DNA of 64,000 bases, from assembly GCA_047602405.1 (NCBI GenBank), contig JASGHJ010000002.1, positions 1,952,001 through 2,016,000 on the forward strand. The letters are read 5' to 3'. Below the pieces are notes generated by a model. It did not search any database and had not been told where the DNA came from. It worked only from the letters and a program-made list of their open reading frames with translations. Below, piece after piece: positions 33,505-44,504 of this stretch; position 1 is the stretch's first letter, and every line of letters starts with the position of its first letter. The DNA comes from Anaeromyxobacteraceae bacterium. Lineage in GTDB: Bacteria; Myxococcota; Myxococcia; Myxococcales; Anaeromyxobacteraceae. The position numbers were made by a program, and so were the translations under genes.

Positions 33505-34542
33505 CTACTTGATGGTCCAGGTATCCCCGCTCGCGAGGAGCTTCTCGACGCTCGCCGTGCCCTTGGCCTTCGCCTGGTCGATCTGCTGCCAGGTGAGCTC
33601 GTCGCAGGTCGGCCGGCGCACGTCGCGCAGGACGCCGATGGGCGTCGGGAAGCCAGGCTGCAGCGGCAGGTTCGCGAGCATGAACGCGATGGTCGGGTCG
33701 TCGCGGGTGACGTCGTGCACGAGGATGTCGGCCTCGGTCACGCCGTTCTCGCCGACGGTGACCACCTCGAGCCGCGCCTGGCGGCCGTCGAAGCGGATGC
33801 CCTTCCTGTTGTCCTTGCCGAAGAGGAGGGGCTTGCCGTGCTCCATGCGGAGCAGCTGGTCGGCCTTCACCGCCTTCTCGGTGATCGCGGTGTAGGCGCC
33901 GTCGTTGAACACCGGGCAGTTCTGGTAGATCTCGACGAAGGTCGAGCCCTTGTGCTCCGCCGCGGCCTTCAGCACGCCGCCGAGGTGCGCGCCCTCGACG
34001 TCGATCGAGCGGGCCACGAAGGTCGCCCCCGCGCCGAGCGCGAGCGCCGGCGGGTTGAACGGCGCGTCCACCGTGCCCTGCGGGGTGGACTTCGTCTTCT
34101 TGCCGAGCTCGGAGGTCGGCGAGGCCTGGCCCTTCGTGAGGCCGTAGATCCGGTTGTTGAAGAGGAGGAGCTTGAGGTCCAGGTTCCGCCGCATCGCGTG
34201 GATGAAGTGGTTGCCGCCGATGGCGAGCGCGTCGCCGTCGCCGGTCACGATCCACACCTGCAGCTCGGGGCGGGCGAGCTTCAGGCCCGACGCGAACGAC
34301 GGCGCGCGGCCGTGCAGCGTGTGCATCCCGTAGTTGTTCATGTAGTACGGGAAGCGGGACGAGCAGCCGATGCCGGAGATGAAGACGATGTTCTCGCGCT
34401 TCACGCCGACCGACGGCAGCGTCTTCTGCACCTGGTTGATGATGGAGTAGTCGCCGCAGCCCGGGCACCAGCGCGGATCGACGCCCGACTCGAAGTCCTT
34501 CTTCTGGTAGGTGGGGACCGCCACCGTGTCCGTCGCGCTCAC
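33505..34542 (-). CDS. korB: 2-oxoacid:ferredoxin oxidoreductase beta subunit
   Basis: WCPGCGD, SGIGCS, HGRA, TPP motif GDGD...NN, YGLTKGQASPT. Confidence 0.92.
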   Translation of the reverse strand: MSATDTVAVPTYQKKDFESGVDPRWCPGCGDYSIINQVQKTLPSVGVKRENIVFISGIGCSSRFPYYMNNYGMHTLHGRAPSFASGLKLARPELQVWIVTGDGDALAIGGNHFIHAMRRNLDLKLLLFNNRIYGLTKGQASPTSELGKKTKSTPQGTVDAPFNPPALALGAGATFVARSIDVEGAHLGGVLKAAAEHKGSTFVEIYQNCPVFNDGAYTAITEKAVKADQLLRMEHGKPLLFGKDNRKGIRFDGRQARLEVVTVGENGVTEADILVHDVTRDDPTIAFMLANLPLQPGFPTPIGVLRDVRRPTCDELTWQQIDQAKAKGTASVEKLLASGDTWTIK

Positions 34543-36413
34543 GCCTTCACCTCCGTCATCACCTCGAGGGCGCGGGTGACGAGCTCCGCGATCTTGAGGG
34601 GCTTGCCGTTGATGCGGTTGAACTGGATGGGATCGACGCCGGGCAACGTGCCGCGCAGGTAGAACGCGAGCTGCCCGTCGTTCACCTCGGGCACGAGCAC
34701 CCGCTTGTAGCGCTTCAGCACCGCGCCGAGGTTCTTCGGCAGCGGGTTCACCCAGCGCAGGTGGACGTGGCCGACCGACTTGCCGCGGCCGCGGAGCTCC
34801 TCCGCGGCGCCGCGCACCGAGCCGAACGTGCCGCCCCACGAGACGAGGAGGAGGTCGCCCTGGTCGACGCCGAACGGCTCGGCGTCGGGGACCTCGGCCA
34901 CCACGTTGCGGATCTTCTGGGCGCGGGTCTTCACCATGCGCTCGTGGTTCATGCCGTCGTACGACACCATGCCGCTGAGCGCGTCCTTCTCGAGGCCGCC
35001 GACGCGGTGCTCGAGGCCGGGCGTGCCCGGGACGGCCCAGTCGCGGACGAGGTTCGCGTCGCGCTGGTACGGCATGAACTTGCCGTCGGCGTGGTTCGGC
35101 TTCGTCTGGTACCTCACGTCGAGCTTCGGGAGCTCCGCGGCCGACGGGATCCGGAACGGCTCGGAGCCGTTCGCGAGGTAGCCGTCGGTGAGGAGGATGA
35201 CCGGGGTCATGTACTTCACCGCGACCCGCATCGCCTCGATGGCCGCCCAGAAGCAGTCGGCCGGGCTCTGCGCCGCGATGATCGGCATGGGCGCCTCGCC
35301 GTGGCGGCCGTAGAGCGCCATCAGCAGGTCGGCCTGCTCGGTCTTGGTGGGCATGCCCGTCGACGGGCCGCCGCGCTGCACGTTCACGATGACGAGCGGC
35401 AGCTCGGTGATGACCGCGAAGCCCATCATCTCGGTCTTGAGCGCGAGGCCCGGGCCGGAGGTGGTGGTCACCGCCAGGGAGCCGCCGAAGGACGCGCCGA
35501 TCGCCGAGCCGATGCCCGCGATCTCGTCCTCCGCCTGGAACGTCACGACCCCGTGCTCCTTGAGGTACGAGAGCTCGTGGAGGATCTCGGAGGCGGGGGT
35601 GATCGGGTAGGAGCCCAGGAAGACCTGGCGGCCGGTGATGTGCGCCACCGTGGCGAAGCCGAGGGCCGCCGCGTAGTTGCCGGTCACGTTGCGATAGGTA
35701 CCCGACGGGAGCTTCGAGGCGGGGACCTCGTAGCGCGCGAAGCCGACCTCGGAGGTCTCGCCGAACGCGTAGCCCGCCTTGAAGACCCGGGCGTTCGCGT
35801 CCGCCAGCCCCGGCTTCTTCGCGAACTTCTTCGCGATCGACTCGAGCTGGCCCTCCATCGGCCGGTTGTACATCCAGTACATGAGCCCGAGCGCGAGGTA
35901 GTTCCGGCAGCGCGCCACCTCCTTCGAGGAGAGCCCGCTCCCCTCGAGCGCCGTCTCGGTCAGCTTCGTCATGTCGACCGGGAAGAGGCGGTAGTTGCGC
36001 TGGAGCGCCTCGTCGTCGAGCGGGTTCGCCCGGTAGCCGGCCTTCTCGAGGTTGACCGCGTTGAAGGCGCCGGCGTTGACGATGAGCATCCCGCCCTCGC
36101 GGAGGTCGGGGAGGTTCGTCTTGAGCGCCGCCGGGTTCATGGCGACGAGCACGTCGGGCTGATCACCCGGCGTGTGGATCTCCTTCGAGCCGAAGTGCAC
36201 CTGGTAGCCGGACACGCCGGAGAGCGAGCCCGCCGGGGCCCGGATCTCCGCCGGATAGTCCGGGAAGGTTGCGATGTCGTTGCCGGCGAGCGCGCTCGCC
36301 TTCGTGAACTCCGTGCCGGTGAGCTGCATCCCGTCGCCGGAGTCGCCGACGAACCGGATGATGACCCGCTCGACCTGATGCACCTGACCCTTGCCACCGG
36401 GCTGCGTCGCCAT
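34539..36413 (-). CDS. korA: 2-oxoacid:acceptor oxidoreductase alpha subunit (fused gamma-alpha)
   Basis: GDSGDGMQLTG, YPAEIRAP, YPITPAS, QAEDEIA, TSGPG, QRGGPSTG.PTK. Confidence 0.92.
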   Translation of the reverse strand: MATQPGGKGQVHQVERVIIRFVGDSGDGMQLTGTEFTKASALAGNDIATFPDYPAEIRAPAGSLSGVSGYQVHFGSKEIHTPGDQPDVLVAMNPAALKTNLPDLREGGMLIVNAGAFNAVNLEKAGYRANPLDDEALQRNYRLFPVDMTKLTETALEGSGLSSKEVARCRNYLALGLMYWMYNRPMEGQLESIAKKFAKKPGLADANARVFKAGYAFGETSEVGFARYEVPASKLPSGTYRNVTGNYAAALGFATVAHITGRQVFLGSYPITPASEILHELSYLKEHGVVTFQAEDEIAGIGSAIGASFGGSLAVTTTSGPGLALKTEMMGFAVITELPLVIVNVQRGGPSTGMPTKTEQADLLMALYGRHGEAPMPIIAAQSPADCFWAAIEAMRVAVKYMTPVILLTDGYLANGSEPFRIPSAAELPKLDVRYQTKPNHADGKFMPYQRDANLVRDWAVPGTPGLEHRVGGLEKDALSGMVSYDGMNHERMVKTRAQKIRNVVAEVPDAEPFGVDQGDLLLVSWGGTFGSVRGAAEELRGRGKSVGHVHLRWVNPLPKNLGAVLKRYKRVLVPEVNDGQLAFYLRGTLPGVDPIQFNRINGKPLKIAELVTRALEVMTEVKA

Positions 36414-36594
36414 GAAGCTCGCGTCCTCCGGGAAGGGCGCCGGGGGTGCCTCCGGGGCGCGCGGTCGGGGGAGGCCGCGGCGCACTCGCAGTACCGGCGC
36501 GCGTGTGCAGGAGGTATCGCCCACGCCCCGTCTGGAGTCAAGGTGTCGCAGGGAGTTAAGCCCGCGACCGGACTCGTGCTTCGGCTGTTAACGA

Positions 36595-37974
<1,380 letters not shown>

Positions 37975-37978
<4 letters not shown>

Positions 37979-38661
37979 CCGAACACCTCCAGGTTCGCGC
38001 CGGTGGTGGCGATCGGCGCGTCGAGCGCCGCGAAGGTGATCACCTTCGCGACGTCCTCGGGGGTCATCCGCGGCTCGAACGGCGTCTGCCGGAGCATCGC
38101 GGTGTCGGTCGAGCCGGGCGAGACGGCGATGCAGGCGACGCCGTGATCGCGCAGCTCCTCGGCGAGGCACTTCGTGAGCCCCACGAGCCCCCACTTCGAC
38201 GCGTTGTAGGCCGTCGCGCCCGCCGTGCCGAGCGTCGCGGAGATCGACGCCACGTTCACGATCCGCCCGCGCCGCCGGGCCTTCATGCCGGGGATGACCG
38301 CCCGCGCGCACAGGAAGGCGCCGGTGAGGTTCACGTCGAGCACCCGCTGGAAGTCGGCCGCGGAGGTCTCCTCGGCGAGGCCGCGGACGAGCACGCCCGC
38401 ACCGTTCACGAGCACGTCCACCGGCCCGAGCGCCCGCTCGTGCTCGGCGACGAGCCGCGCCACGTCGGCCTCGACGGCGACGTCGCCGAGGCAGGCGCCC
38501 GCCGCCGCCCCGCCCCGGACGGCCGCCGCGAGCTCGGCCTCGCTCCGGGCGAAGACCGTGACGAGGAGCCCGCGGGCCGTGAGCGCGCGCGCCGCCGCGA
38601 GCCCGATGCCCCGCCCGCCGCCGGTCACGATGGCGGTGCCGCCCGGTGAGGTCCCGCTCAC
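37975..38661 (-). CDS. Short-chain dehydrogenase/reductase
   Basis: TGGGRGIG, NGAG, YNASK catalytic motif, SPG.TDT. Confidence 0.9.
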
Positions 38662-39317
38662 CGCCGCGCCCGCTTCCCGCCAGGCCGGCCGGCCGGCCGC
38701 GCGCCCCCGCCGCCGGCGCACAGCGCCATGAACCGGCGGCGCGCCGGGCCGTCGGCCGCGAGCGCGCCGCTGAAGGCCTCCGCGTGGGCGCGCGCGCGCG
38801 GGCGCCGCTCGCCGCGGGTGGAGAGGCACAGGTGCTCCGCCTCGAGCACGCAGGCGGCGCCGCGCGCGCCGAGGTGCTCCTCGAGGGCGGCGGCGACGCC
38901 GGCCGCGAGGTCCTCGGCGAGCACGAGCCGGTGCGCGAGCGCGTCCACGAGCTTCACGAGCTGGCCGAAGCCCGCGAGCCGGCCGCCGGGCAGGTACGCG
39001 ACGTGCGCGACGCCGCGCGAGGGCAGGAGGTGGTGCGGGCAGACGGAGACGTAGTCGATGCCGGTGACCGCCACGAGGTCGCGCGACCGGCCGGGCAGCG
39101 CGCCCGCCAGGATCGCGGCGGGGTCGCGGCGGTAGCCGTCGGCGAGCTCGTCGAGCCAGGCCTCGGCCACGCGCCGCGGCGTGCCGGCGAGGTCGGGGCC
39201 CTCGCGGACGTCGGGCGGCAGCCCGAGCGCCTCGAGGAACGCGGCGACGGCCGCCTCCGCCCGCGCGGGGTCGGGGCGGGTGCTCTCGCGCGGCGACCTC
39301 GCGGGCCTACTTGCCAC
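38658..39317 (-). CDS. folE: GTP cyclohydrolase I (divergent)
   Basis: TPRRVAEAW, SVCPHHLLP, AHVAYLP, AEHLC..RG. Confidence 0.85.
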   Translation of the reverse strand: MASRPARSPRESTRPDPARAEAAVAAFLEALGLPPDVREGPDLAGTPRRVAEAWLDELADGYRRDPAAILAGALPGRSRDLVAVTGIDYVSVCPHHLLPSRGVAHVAYLPGGRLAGFGQLVKLVDALAHRLVLAEDLAAGVAAALEEHLGARGAACVLEAEHLCLSTRGERRPRARAHAEAFSGALAADGPARRRFMALCAGGGGARPAGRPGGKRARR

Positions 39318-39696
39318 GCGGGCCCCGGTACGTGACGCAGCTGTCCGGGATCTCGTAGAGCCGGACCTCGCACAGCCCGGTCAGCTTCGGCTCGAGCACC
39401 TCCCAGATCCACCGGGCGATGTTCTCGGCGGTCGGGTTGTCGAGGAGGTCATTGAGGGTGCGGTGGTCGACGCGGGCGAGCACGTGCTCCTGCACGAGCT
39501 GCTTCACCACGCCGAAGTCGGCGATCATGCCGGTCTTCGGGTCGACGTCGCCCTCGAGCGCCACGAAGAACTTGTAGTTGTGACCGTGCATCCGGAAGCA
39601 CGGGCCCTCGTAGCGGGGGAGCCGGTGCGCCGCGGCGAAGTAGAACTCGACGTCGAGCCGCATCCGGCGCGCGTCGGTGTAGTCGATCGTTGCCAT
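39307..39696 (-). CDS. queD: 6-carboxytetrahydropterin synthase / PTPS
   Basis: FAAAHRL, CFRMHGHNY, DHRTLN, NPTAENIA, LYE. Confidence 0.88.
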   Translation of the reverse strand: MATIDYTDARRMRLDVEFYFAAAHRLPRYEGPCFRMHGHNYKFFVALEGDVDPKTGMIADFGVVKQLVQEHVLARVDHRTLNDLLDNPTAENIARWIWEVLEPKLTGLCEVRLYEIPDSCVTYRGPRGK

Positions 39697-39703
39697 GGCT
39701 GCC

Positions 39704-40003
39704 TTATAGCTCCACGAAGACGTCCCCGCCCTCGATGGTGACCGGGTAAGCGTCCACGGCCACGCCCGGGAACTCGGGGCACCGGCCGGTCTCGACCTCG
39801 AACGGCCAGGCGTGCAGCGGGCAGTAGACGACCCCGGCCCGGACCTCGCCCCAGGCCAGCGCGGCCCCCCGGTGCGGGCAGACGTTGTCGAGCGCGAACA
39901 CCCGCTCGCCCTGCCGGAACAGCGCGAGCTCCCGGCCCTCGACCTCCACGCACCACCCGACCTGCTCCGGCAGGTCCGACGCCCTCGCGACCCTGTATCG
40001 CAC
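39704..40003 (-). CDS. Rieske [2Fe-2S] ferredoxin
   Basis: CPHRG...CPLHAW. Confidence 0.92.
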   Translation of the reverse strand: MRYRVARASDLPEQVGWCVEVEGRELALFRQGERVFALDNVCPHRGAALAWGEVRAGVVYCPLHAWPFEVETGRCPEFPGVAVDAYPVTIEGGDVFVEL

Positions 40004-40171
40004 GGGGCCACCCTACCCTGAATCCGGGACACGCGCGGGCCCTGCGCGGGGCACGGCCACCGCGCCGGACGGCTCCGCGGGGACCCCGCCGGAACGGGTC
40101 ACCGGGCCGTGGGGCGGTGCCGAAACACCCGATTGCGTAACGTCCGGGGGAATCTAGAGGGGGACCACGCC

Positions 40172-41449
40172 TTGCCCGAGCTCCGCACGCTGCTCGTTCA
40201 CCGAGACCCGACCGCGCGCGAGCGCATCGCAGGCCTCCTGCGCGGCGAGGGGCTCGAGCTCCGCGTCGCCGCGGGCGCCGGGGACGGCGCCGGCACGCTC
40301 ACCGCCCAGCCGCTCGCGCTCGTGGTCGCCGACGAGGCGACCGCGGCCGAGGGGCTCGCCGACGCGTGCCTGAGCCTCACGCCGTCGCCGCTGCTCGTCG
40401 TGCTCTCGGAGTCGGCCGCCGCGGCCGCAGGGCAGCCGCTCCGCGGGACGGGGACGCTCGCCGTCCGCGCCGACGACGAGCAGGCGCTCCGGGAGGCCGT
40501 GCAGTCCATCGCCGGCCGCAGGGTGAACGGCAAGGCCCCGCAGTCGGGGGGCCTCGACGCGATCCTCGGCCCGTCGAAGGAGATGATGGAGCTCCGCGCG
40601 CTCGCCGGCCGCCTCGCCGCGAGCCGGGTGCCGATCCTCCTCCGCGGCGAGGCCGGCACCGGCCGCGAGCTCCTCGCCCGCGCCATCCACGCCGCCTCGC
40701 CCCGCGCGGCGGGGCCCTTCATCGTCATCGACTGCGCCACGCTGCCCGCGCGCGTGCTCGAGACCGAGCTCTTCGGCGGCGCGCCCACCGCGGCCTCCGC
40801 CCCGGCGGCGCTCCTGCGCCAGGCCGAGGGCGGCACCCTCTACCTGCACGAGGTCACCGGCGCGAGCCCCGGCCTCTCCGCGCGCCTCCTGCACGTGCTC
40901 GCCGCCGGCGCCGCCCGCGCCGAGGGCCAGCCGATCGACGTGCGCCTCATCGGCTCGACGCGCGAGGAGCCGCGCACCGGCGGCCGCTCCGACGTCGCGG
41001 CCCGCCTCGACGTCACGACCCTGCGCATCCCGCCGCTCCGCGAGCGCCCCGAGGACGTCCCGGTCCTCGCGCAGCACTTCGCGAACCGCCATGGCCGCCC
41101 CGCGACGCTCTCGGCCGAGGTGCAGGAGGTCCTGCGCGCGTACCCCTGGCCGGGCAACGTCCGCGAGCTCGAGCAGGCGGTCGCGCACGCGCTGGCGCTC
41201 TCCTCCGGCGCCGCCGTGCTCCCGGAGAACCTGCCGCCCAACGTCCGGGGCGAGGGCCGCGCGCCCGTCGCCGGCCGCCCGGGCCAGCGCCCGACGCTCC
41301 AGGAGCTCGAGCGCCGCTACGCCATTGAGGTCCTCCGCGAGACCGGCGGCAACAAGAGCCGGACCGCCGAGATCCTCGGCATCGATTGCAAGACGCTCTA
41401 CCGCCTGCTGGGCCTGACGCCGCCGCCGCCGACGTCCAGGAATCCCTAG
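40172..41449 (+). CDS. Degenerate sigma54-activator-like Fis-family regulator
   Basis: Pseudo-receiver, AAA+-like core (GEAGTGRE, WPGNVRELE), Fis HTH; no GAFTGA; TTG start after GAGGGG. Confidence 0.8.
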   Translation: MPELRTLLVHRDPTARERIAGLLRGEGLELRVAAGAGDGAGTLTAQPLALVVADEATAAEGLADACLSLTPSPLLVVLSESAAAAAGQPLRGTGTLAVRADDEQALREAVQSIAGRRVNGKAPQSGGLDAILGPSKEMMELRALAGRLAASRVPILLRGEAGTGRELLARAIHAASPRAAGPFIVIDCATLPARVLETELFGGAPTAASAPAALLRQAEGGTLYLHEVTGASPGLSARLLHVLAAGAARAEGQPIDVRLIGSTREEPRTGGRSDVAARLDVTTLRIPPLRERPEDVPVLAQHFANRHGRPATLSAEVQEVLRAYPWPGNVRELEQAVAHALALSSGAAVLPENLPPNVRGEGRAPVAGRPGQRPTLQELERRYAIEVLRETGGNKSRTAEILGIDCKTLYRLLGLTPPPPTSRNP

Positions 41450-41886
41450 AGGCATCGCATATGCGGGGGACGGGGTGCGGAGCCGCCGGGGACCTTCCCC
41501 GCGCGGCTCCGCTGTTTTCAGGCGTTCCCCGTCGGCAGAAGTGGCCGTGGGACCTCCGCCGTCGGCATGCGTGTCCGCAGGAGCCAAACGGACCTCCGCG
41601 ACAGCGCTTGCTCGGACGGGTTTGAGACGGAAGAGATTGCCGGAACCGTTGCTGTTCCACGGCGGTGATCGCGCAGCAGGCCTGCGGACCATGTGCGCGT
41701 GACGGCGTCGTGCGCTGAAGCGCACGGCGCCGTCCCCGCGCGATGGTTCCTTGGCCTGCAATGCGACATGTGGGGACGGTACCTCGCCCGTCGCTCGCTG
41801 CGCGCTGCTGCGGAGGCCCGTTTGGCTCTCCGGCGTGGAGGACGATGGTGCGGCCGTGACTGCTGGGTGCTGATGAACGACCAACG

Positions 41887-41934
41887 GGTTGGCACTGCGG
41901 TTGGCACTGCGGTTGGCGTTGCGGTTGGCGTTGT
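41887..41934. repeat. 4 x 12-bp tandem repeat
   Basis: GGTTGGCACTGC x2, GGTTGGCGTTGC, GGTTGGCGTTGT. Confidence 0.85.
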
Positions 41935-42089
41935 GACGACGTGCTCACTCAACGCCTCGCGCCTGTCACCCGCCGAGTCTCATTCACCGTTAGACAGAAT
42001 GGTTGGACCCGCTGTCACGCGAACGTGGGTTACTCCGCGAAGCTGCGAAACCCCACGGCGCAGAGCCACAGCGGGAGGCGGGTCCAACC

Positions 42090-43184
42090 ATGGAGAGCGT
42101 ACGATTCGTCGGTCTCGACGTCCACGCAGACAGCATCGCCATCGCGGTCGCTGAGCCCGGCCGGGGAGAGCCGAGCGCTTTGGCGGTCGTCGCAAACGAC
42201 ACCGCGGCACTGCTGAAGCGCCTGCGACGGCTCGGTACCATCAAATGCTGCTACGAGGCTGGTCCAACAGGGTTCGGGCTCTACCGAGCGCTCAACGCCG
42301 GCGGCGTCGAATGCGTCGTGGTCGCGCCTTCGTTGGTGCCTATGAAGGCCGGCGATCGCGTCAAGACCGACCGGCGGGATGCCGTGAAGCTCGCCCGGTT
42401 TCTGAGGTCTGGAGACCTGACCGAAGTCCACGTGCCCGACGAAGCCACCGAGGCCATGCGGGATCTCGAGCGCGCGCGAGATGCCGCGAAGAAGGCTGAG
42501 CGCGTAGCCCGTCACCAGCTCGGGAAGTTCCTTCTCCGTCATGGGCGGCGCTGGACAGGGAAGACACGGTGGACTCGCGACCACCTGGCGTGGGTTCGGG
42601 TCCAGCATTTCGAGCACGAGGCGCAGCAACGGGTCCTCGAGGACTACCTGAAGACGGTGGAAGACGTGGGGGAGAGGGTTCGCCGGCATACCCGCAGCAT
42701 CGAGGAGCTCGTGGAGAGCTGGAGCCGGATGCCCCTGGTGAAGGCGCTACAGTCGCTACGCGGCGTCAACCTCATCACGGCCACGGTGCTCGCAGCGGAG
42801 CTCGGCGACCTGGACCGGTTCGCCACTGCCCCCGAGCTGATGGGCTACCTCGGCCTCGTCCCCTCGGAACACTCGAGCGGAGAAACTCGGCAGCAAGGGA
42901 GAATCACACGCGCCGGGAACGGCCACGCTCGGCGCATTCTCGTCGAGGCCGCCTGGGCTTACCGGTACCGAGCAGCGAACAGCCCTGCCCTCAGGAAGAG
43001 AAGTCGAGGCTTGTCGGAGGAGGTCTTGCGAATCGCCTGGCGTGCCCAGGAGCGGCTCTGCGGTCGCTATCGGAAGCTCACGGGACGCGGGATGAACAAG
43101 AACCGCGTCGTCGTTGCCATCGCGCGCGAGTTGGCGGGATTCGTCTGGGCCATCGGGCGCCAGCCACAACTCCTAAAGGCGTAG
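42090..43184 (+). CDS. IS110 family transposase/recombinase
   Basis: FVGLDVH, CYEAGPTG, KTDRRDA (DEDD RuvC-like), GLVPSEHSSG catalytic Ser, VAIARELA. Confidence 0.95.
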   Translation: MESVRFVGLDVHADSIAIAVAEPGRGEPSALAVVANDTAALLKRLRRLGTIKCCYEAGPTGFGLYRALNAGGVECVVVAPSLVPMKAGDRVKTDRRDAVKLARFLRSGDLTEVHVPDEATEAMRDLERARDAAKKAERVARHQLGKFLLRHGRRWTGKTRWTRDHLAWVRVQHFEHEAQQRVLEDYLKTVEDVGERVRRHTRSIEELVESWSRMPLVKALQSLRGVNLITATVLAAELGDLDRFATAPELMGYLGLVPSEHSSGETRQQGRITRAGNGHARRILVEAAWAYRYRAANSPALRKRSRGLSEEVLRIAWRAQERLCGRYRKLTGRGMNKNRVVVAIARELAGFVWAIGRQPQLLKA

Positions 43185-43440
43185 CTGTGACGCGTTCGGG
43201 CGGCGAGGGCGGTGGACGACTTGGTCCGGCCCAAAGGGGAATCCTCGTATGAACTATGGGCAGGGCCGTGAAGCCTGATGCCCGCTGTTAGACCGAGGCA
43301 GCCCCCGACGGATTCAGGTCATGCGGTACCCAACCCGCGAATATCAGTCTGATCCGCCGTCGCTCTAGTTCAGGTCGACCACCGCCTTGGCCGCCCGAAC
43401 GCAGAAACGAAAAAGCCGACCCTGCGACCGGGCCGGCTTC
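43185..43440 (+). ncRNA. Putative bridge/seek RNA region of the IS
   Basis: Non-coding, hairpin-rich; contains ATATCAGT (matches donor end) and ATGAAC (complement of target flank); boundaries unknown. Confidence 0.55.
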
Positions 43441-43789
43441 GTTGACGGGTCCAACCATATCAGTTCATCACTTGCCACCCAGCAGTATCGGCCGTTCGCA
43501 GTCCGCCACGCTCCGGAGGCGAGACGTGCCCCCGCAGCGCCGGCCGGCGGAGGTCGGGCTCTCCACGTCTCCAGCATCTCAGCGAATGCAGGCCAAGGGA
43601 TGTGGGCGTGTGACGGCATGGCGCGCGAAGCGCGCTGTGCCGTCACACGCAACTCAACCGCAGGCCTGCCGCGGCCTGAACGATCGCAGCGGCCCCGGTT
43701 CCGGGCGTCTGTTCCATACACGGACCGACGCAGCCGGCCGGCGTCGCGGGGGCGCGTCGAGCCCCCAAGGTCACGCCCGCCAACGGAGG

Positions 43790-44098
43790 TCAGCGCTCCG
43801 AAGAAGGCGGAAAGCTCCTGATCGAAAGGATGCAGTCCGGCCGGCGCCGGTCCGGGAAGGTCCGGCACCGCGACGGGCGCGCCTCGTAGATGCGGCAGGC
43901 GGAGGTGGCGCCGTCGAGCATCGGGCAGTGGTCGCCCGGGTGCTCGTCGAAGGCGATCGCGGCGCCGCCGCCGGGCGCCTCGCGCACGTGCAGCGGCACG
44001 CCCAGGCGGGCGGCGTGGGCCCGGAAGGCCTCGAGCTCGGTGACGGTCAGGTGAAGCAGGAGCGGCCCGCGGCAGCAACCGCCGCGGCACGTCTCCAT
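43790..44098 (-). CDS. YkgJ-family cysteine cluster protein (start uncertain)
   Basis: C...CRGGCC, CPML....CRIYEARP..CRTFP. Confidence 0.8.
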   Translation of the reverse strand: METCRGGCCRGPLLLHLTVTELEAFRAHAARLGVPLHVREAPGGGAAIAFDEHPGDHCPMLDGATSACRIYEARPSRCRTFPDRRRPDCILSIRSFPPSSER

Positions 44099-44121
44099 GC
44101 AGAGCGAGCGATCGTCCGGCG

Positions 44122-44421
44122 TTACGGCGTTCCGGCGGGCGCGCCCATCGTGTTGAGGGCGTTCTTGAGGACCTGGCTCGGCCGGAAGGTCAGCACCCGG
44201 CGGGCGCTGATCTCGATCTCCTCGCCGGTCTGCGGGTTCCGGCCCACGCGGGACTTCTTCTCGCGGACCATGAAGTTCCCGAAACCGCTGATCTTGATCT
44301 TCTCGCCGCGCTCGAGCGTCTCCTTGATCGTGTCGAAGACCATCTCGACGATCTCGGCGGCCTCCTTCTTGGAGAAGCCCACCTTCTCGTAGACGCTCTC
44401 GATGATGTCGGCCTTGGTCAC
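44122..44421 (-). CDS. ihfA: Integration host factor alpha subunit
   Basis: KISGFGNF, GRNPQTGEEI.ISARRVLTFRPS; downstream of pheT. Confidence 0.93.
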   Translation of the reverse strand: MTKADIIESVYEKVGFSKKEAAEIVEMVFDTIKETLERGEKIKISGFGNFMVREKKSRVGRNPQTGEEIEISARRVLTFRPSQVLKNALNTMGAPAGTP

Positions 44422-44504
44422 GGTCGAATCCCCGCGGTTGAGATCGGCGTAAGCTCCTCGAATCGTTAGTCGAATGCCCGCGGCATGTCAAACTCGTGGT
44501 GATC

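Larger units (their letters stand above)
41989..43465 (+). mobile_element. IS110-family (IS1111-type) insertion sequence
   Basis: 13-bp subterminal IRs ATGGTTGGACCCG (41999-42011) and CGGGTCCAACCAT (43446-43458); GTT core at both boundaries; long downstream non-coding region. Confidence 0.85.

Noticed and set aside
36137..36594. C-terminal extension of the FAD oxidase into korA
   Set aside because: Artefact of the +1 shift at ~36828; the real C-terminus ends at 36595
41887..41934. Tandem repeat as a CRISPR array
   Set aside because: 12-bp contiguous units with no spacers and no cas genes
41518..42154. ORFs 41518..41952 and 41693..42154 as an IS-disrupted gene
   Set aside because: Removing the IS does not restore a convincing ORF; no motifs and atypical codon use
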